Positions 61,800-64,000 of a stretch of DNA of 64,000 nucleotides are shown one piece after another. This stretch comes from Lama glama. Taxonomy: Eukaryota. The first letter of the stretch is position 1; each line of letters begins with the position of its first letter. The notes under the pieces were generated by a model. It worked only from the letters and a program-made list of their open reading frames with translations. It was not told the DNA's origin and ran no database searches. The DNA lies in NCBI GenBank assembly GCA_028534125.1, contig CM052816.1, positions 15,874,001 to 15,938,000 on the forward strand, in the 5' to 3' direction. A program made the translations under genes and the position numbers.

Positions 61800-64000
61800 C
61801 TCTGGCGCGCCCTCATGAGGGAGCTCCCAGCGCCTCTGATCCTCAAAGCAGTGAGAGGGTTAAGCTTCCTCGCGGTACTTGCCGCAGTAAGTGGAAAGGA
61901 AAGAAGTGTCAACTCCGTTCTCACCACAGCGGGGCTGTCGGATGGCACCTCCCCCAGCCCCACGCACCCCGCCCGGCCGGCTCCCCCGCCCTCCCCTCGG
62001 AGCGCGCGCGCACACACCTCCCACCGCTTTGCCCAAATTATTTTCGATCCCGGGAGACTCCGGATGCCAGACGCGCTCCGCAGCGGCGGCGGCGGCCGCG
62101 CCTGATTCATTGCGCCAAAGCTGCAGATGCGACCTCCCGCCTGCGCCCTGTGCCCCGGCCCGCGCCGGGCTGCGTGCGCGCCTGGAGAGATGGGGGTGGG
62201 GTGCGGCAATTTGTAGGAGCTCCCCCCTCAAGAGGCGGGCCCCGGCCCCCCGGGGCCAGGTCCCCGGTCCCCAGCTCCCCGGGCTGCGCTAATTAGCTTC
62301 CTCGGGGGGCGCCACGCGGCGTGAGGGGCGGCAATTTCCCGGCTGGGCTGCGGGGGAAGCGCTCCCACCGCCTGGGAAGGTGAAATGGGAAACTCGATTC
62401 AAAGAGAGCTTTCCTCCCCCCTCCCGCCAAGCGCCGTAGAAAACGGGTTTGAAATTCCTCCTCTCTCTCTCTCTTTTTTTTTTTTATTTATAGTGCACCG
62501 TCTCCATGGAAACCGCGGAGGAGGTCACGGTAGCTGGGCCCCCGCGCGTCACCCCGCGCCTCGCCGGCTGCAGGCGCCCGGATTGCGGCCTCCCAGGCGC
62601 CGCGGCCCGCGTGGACTCTACTCCGAGTTCCCCGCCCCCGCTCCACTCCGCCCGCGGCTCAGGCCATATGATTCTGCTGGGTCCCAACCGGGAATGGCGC
62701 ACCTGGGCACCAGTGCGCTGGGCTATGCCTCTGTCCCCCGGCTCTGGCACGCGGGAATGCGCCAAGATACACGTGCCCAGCTCCAAGACAAGAACATGTG
62801 CCGCGAGACGCCGCCAAGGGGCTCATAGCACTAGTGAATGCCCTGGGGGATCGACCTATATAGGCGCACAACTCCAAAGCTCTTGCTAAAACGAGACCAC
62901 CCATAGTTAAGAACGCTGGAGTCAACCGAGTCCCGCCTGGATAACTTACTTAGCTATGTGACTTTGAGCCAGTCGCAACCTCTTTGCGTCTCAGCTTGCT
63001 CATCAGCAAAATGGAATTGTGTGGCTGGAGACAAAGTACATTAAACACTTAACACTATGTTCGGCACGTGGTTCTGGAAAATGGTAGCTGTGGCTGGTGT
63101 TATTTTTTTCAGGCTGGGAAAGCCGAGGCCACAAAACCTTTGCTCAAGGGCGCGGTCAGTCAGAAAACTGGGAGTTACACCTTGGGAGCTCCCCAGCACC
63201 TCAGCTTAGACTCACAGGCCAGAGGTGAGGGGACGCGTGCCGGCTGTACAGGGCCTGAGCCTGCCTGAGGCACAACGGGCGGGACCTCCTGAGCTAGCCA
63301 CATCCGCACCCGGAACCCTGGAAACGGGACTCCCCGCGGTGCGCCCCCCCCCCAGCCCCATTAGCAACGGGCCTGCCTGCCCTCCCTCCCAGGGCTGAGG
63401 CCGCACCTGCCCCACCGGATGGCCGCCCCAGGGCCAGATCGTGCCCCCTACCGCGCACACTTCCTCCCGGACCCCCACGGCCCTGTGGAGCGCGCAGGGG
63501 GAGGGGACCGGGCCACCCCCGCCCCGCCAGCTTCCCACAGCCCGAGCAGCCCGGAGCCGGGGAGGCAGGAAGTCTCAGAGCCGGGGCGTGGAGGCGGGGT
63601 AGGGGCAGGAAGTTGGGGGTGACTCTCCCAGAGACCCCAGACAGGGCCCCGGCGTGGGAGCGGGGTGGGCGGGCGCTTAGGGATTAAGGGCGCCCCCCCA
63701 CCCCCGCCTCTGTGGCCTCAGGCCACGTGACCCTGCCCGGAGCGCCCTGCTGGGTGAGGGCGAAGGCCGCTACCTCTGGCGACCCCCCAACAGTGCACAC
63801 AAGGAGGGAGGGGCAGCCTTTGTCTACTTTGCCTCAGACGCAGCCCCCCCACACCCCCTCCCCCCGGGCCCCGTCGGGCCCTGCACAGCCCGGGTTTTCC
63901 ATCCGGCCCGGCTCGGCTCGGCAGCTGTCAGGGGACCGAGCTGACCTTCGCGAGCAGGGAGTTTCAATTAGCCGCAGATCAGATAAGCGGGCGGGCCCGT
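61800..64000. promoter_or_regulatory. Large CpG island continuing past the window edge (enhancer/promoter)
   Basis: Very high CpG; RFX X-box GTCTCCATGGAAAC (62500-62513); GCTAATTAGC palindrome (62287-62296); CACGTGAC E-box (~63724); GGATTA (~63681); AGATAAG (~63981); interrupted by a MIR at ~62900-63100. Confidence 0.75.

Noticed and set aside
61713..62889. Cluster of 120-180 aa ORFs
   Set aside because: Typical CpG-island chance ORFs
1..64000. CRISPR arrays, rRNA, known miRNA hairpins or prokaryote-type systems
   Set aside because: Mammalian DNA; no regularly spaced repeat-spacer array and no recognisable rRNA or mature miRNA sequence. An Rfam/miRBase search would be needed to exclude small RNAs formally

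Overview
GC-rich mammalian genomic DNA, most likely from a camelid: four Vic-1-like tRNA-derived SINEs and camelid-type L1 3' ends are present. I can support no cellular protein-coding exon. The only ORFs with recognisable homology are LINE remnants (L1 ORF2 C-terminus, L2 reverse transcriptase); the rest look like chance ORFs in GC-rich DNA. At ~2.7-3.6 kb is a CpG-island promoter with a minus-strand non-coding exon (donor at 2870/2869), so a gene runs off the left edge. The rest is a ~60 kb upstream regulatory landscape: CpG islands at ~10, 24.5, 25.7, 30, 33, 38-40.7 and 62-64 kb, several with AT-rich homeodomain-motif cores resembling conserved non-coding enhancers. It also has divergent CTCF sites, three strong RFX X-boxes, nested transposons (L1, L2, L3/CR1, MIR, Charlie1a, MER45B, MLT1) and a 500-N scaffold gap. 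From recalled island spacing, my tentative and unverified guess is the interval between PSD2 exon 1 and CXXC5 (human 5q31.2 orthologue, reversed). The best leads are: a hybrid first/internal exon carrying a Met-Ala-Pro-Pro-stop uORF; a palindromic CCAAT-octamer-CCAAT element; a divergent CTCF boundary that includes an L1-derived site; a cryptic degenerate (R)TACTG(G) repeat; and a 167-bp non-tandem duplication with junction microhomology.
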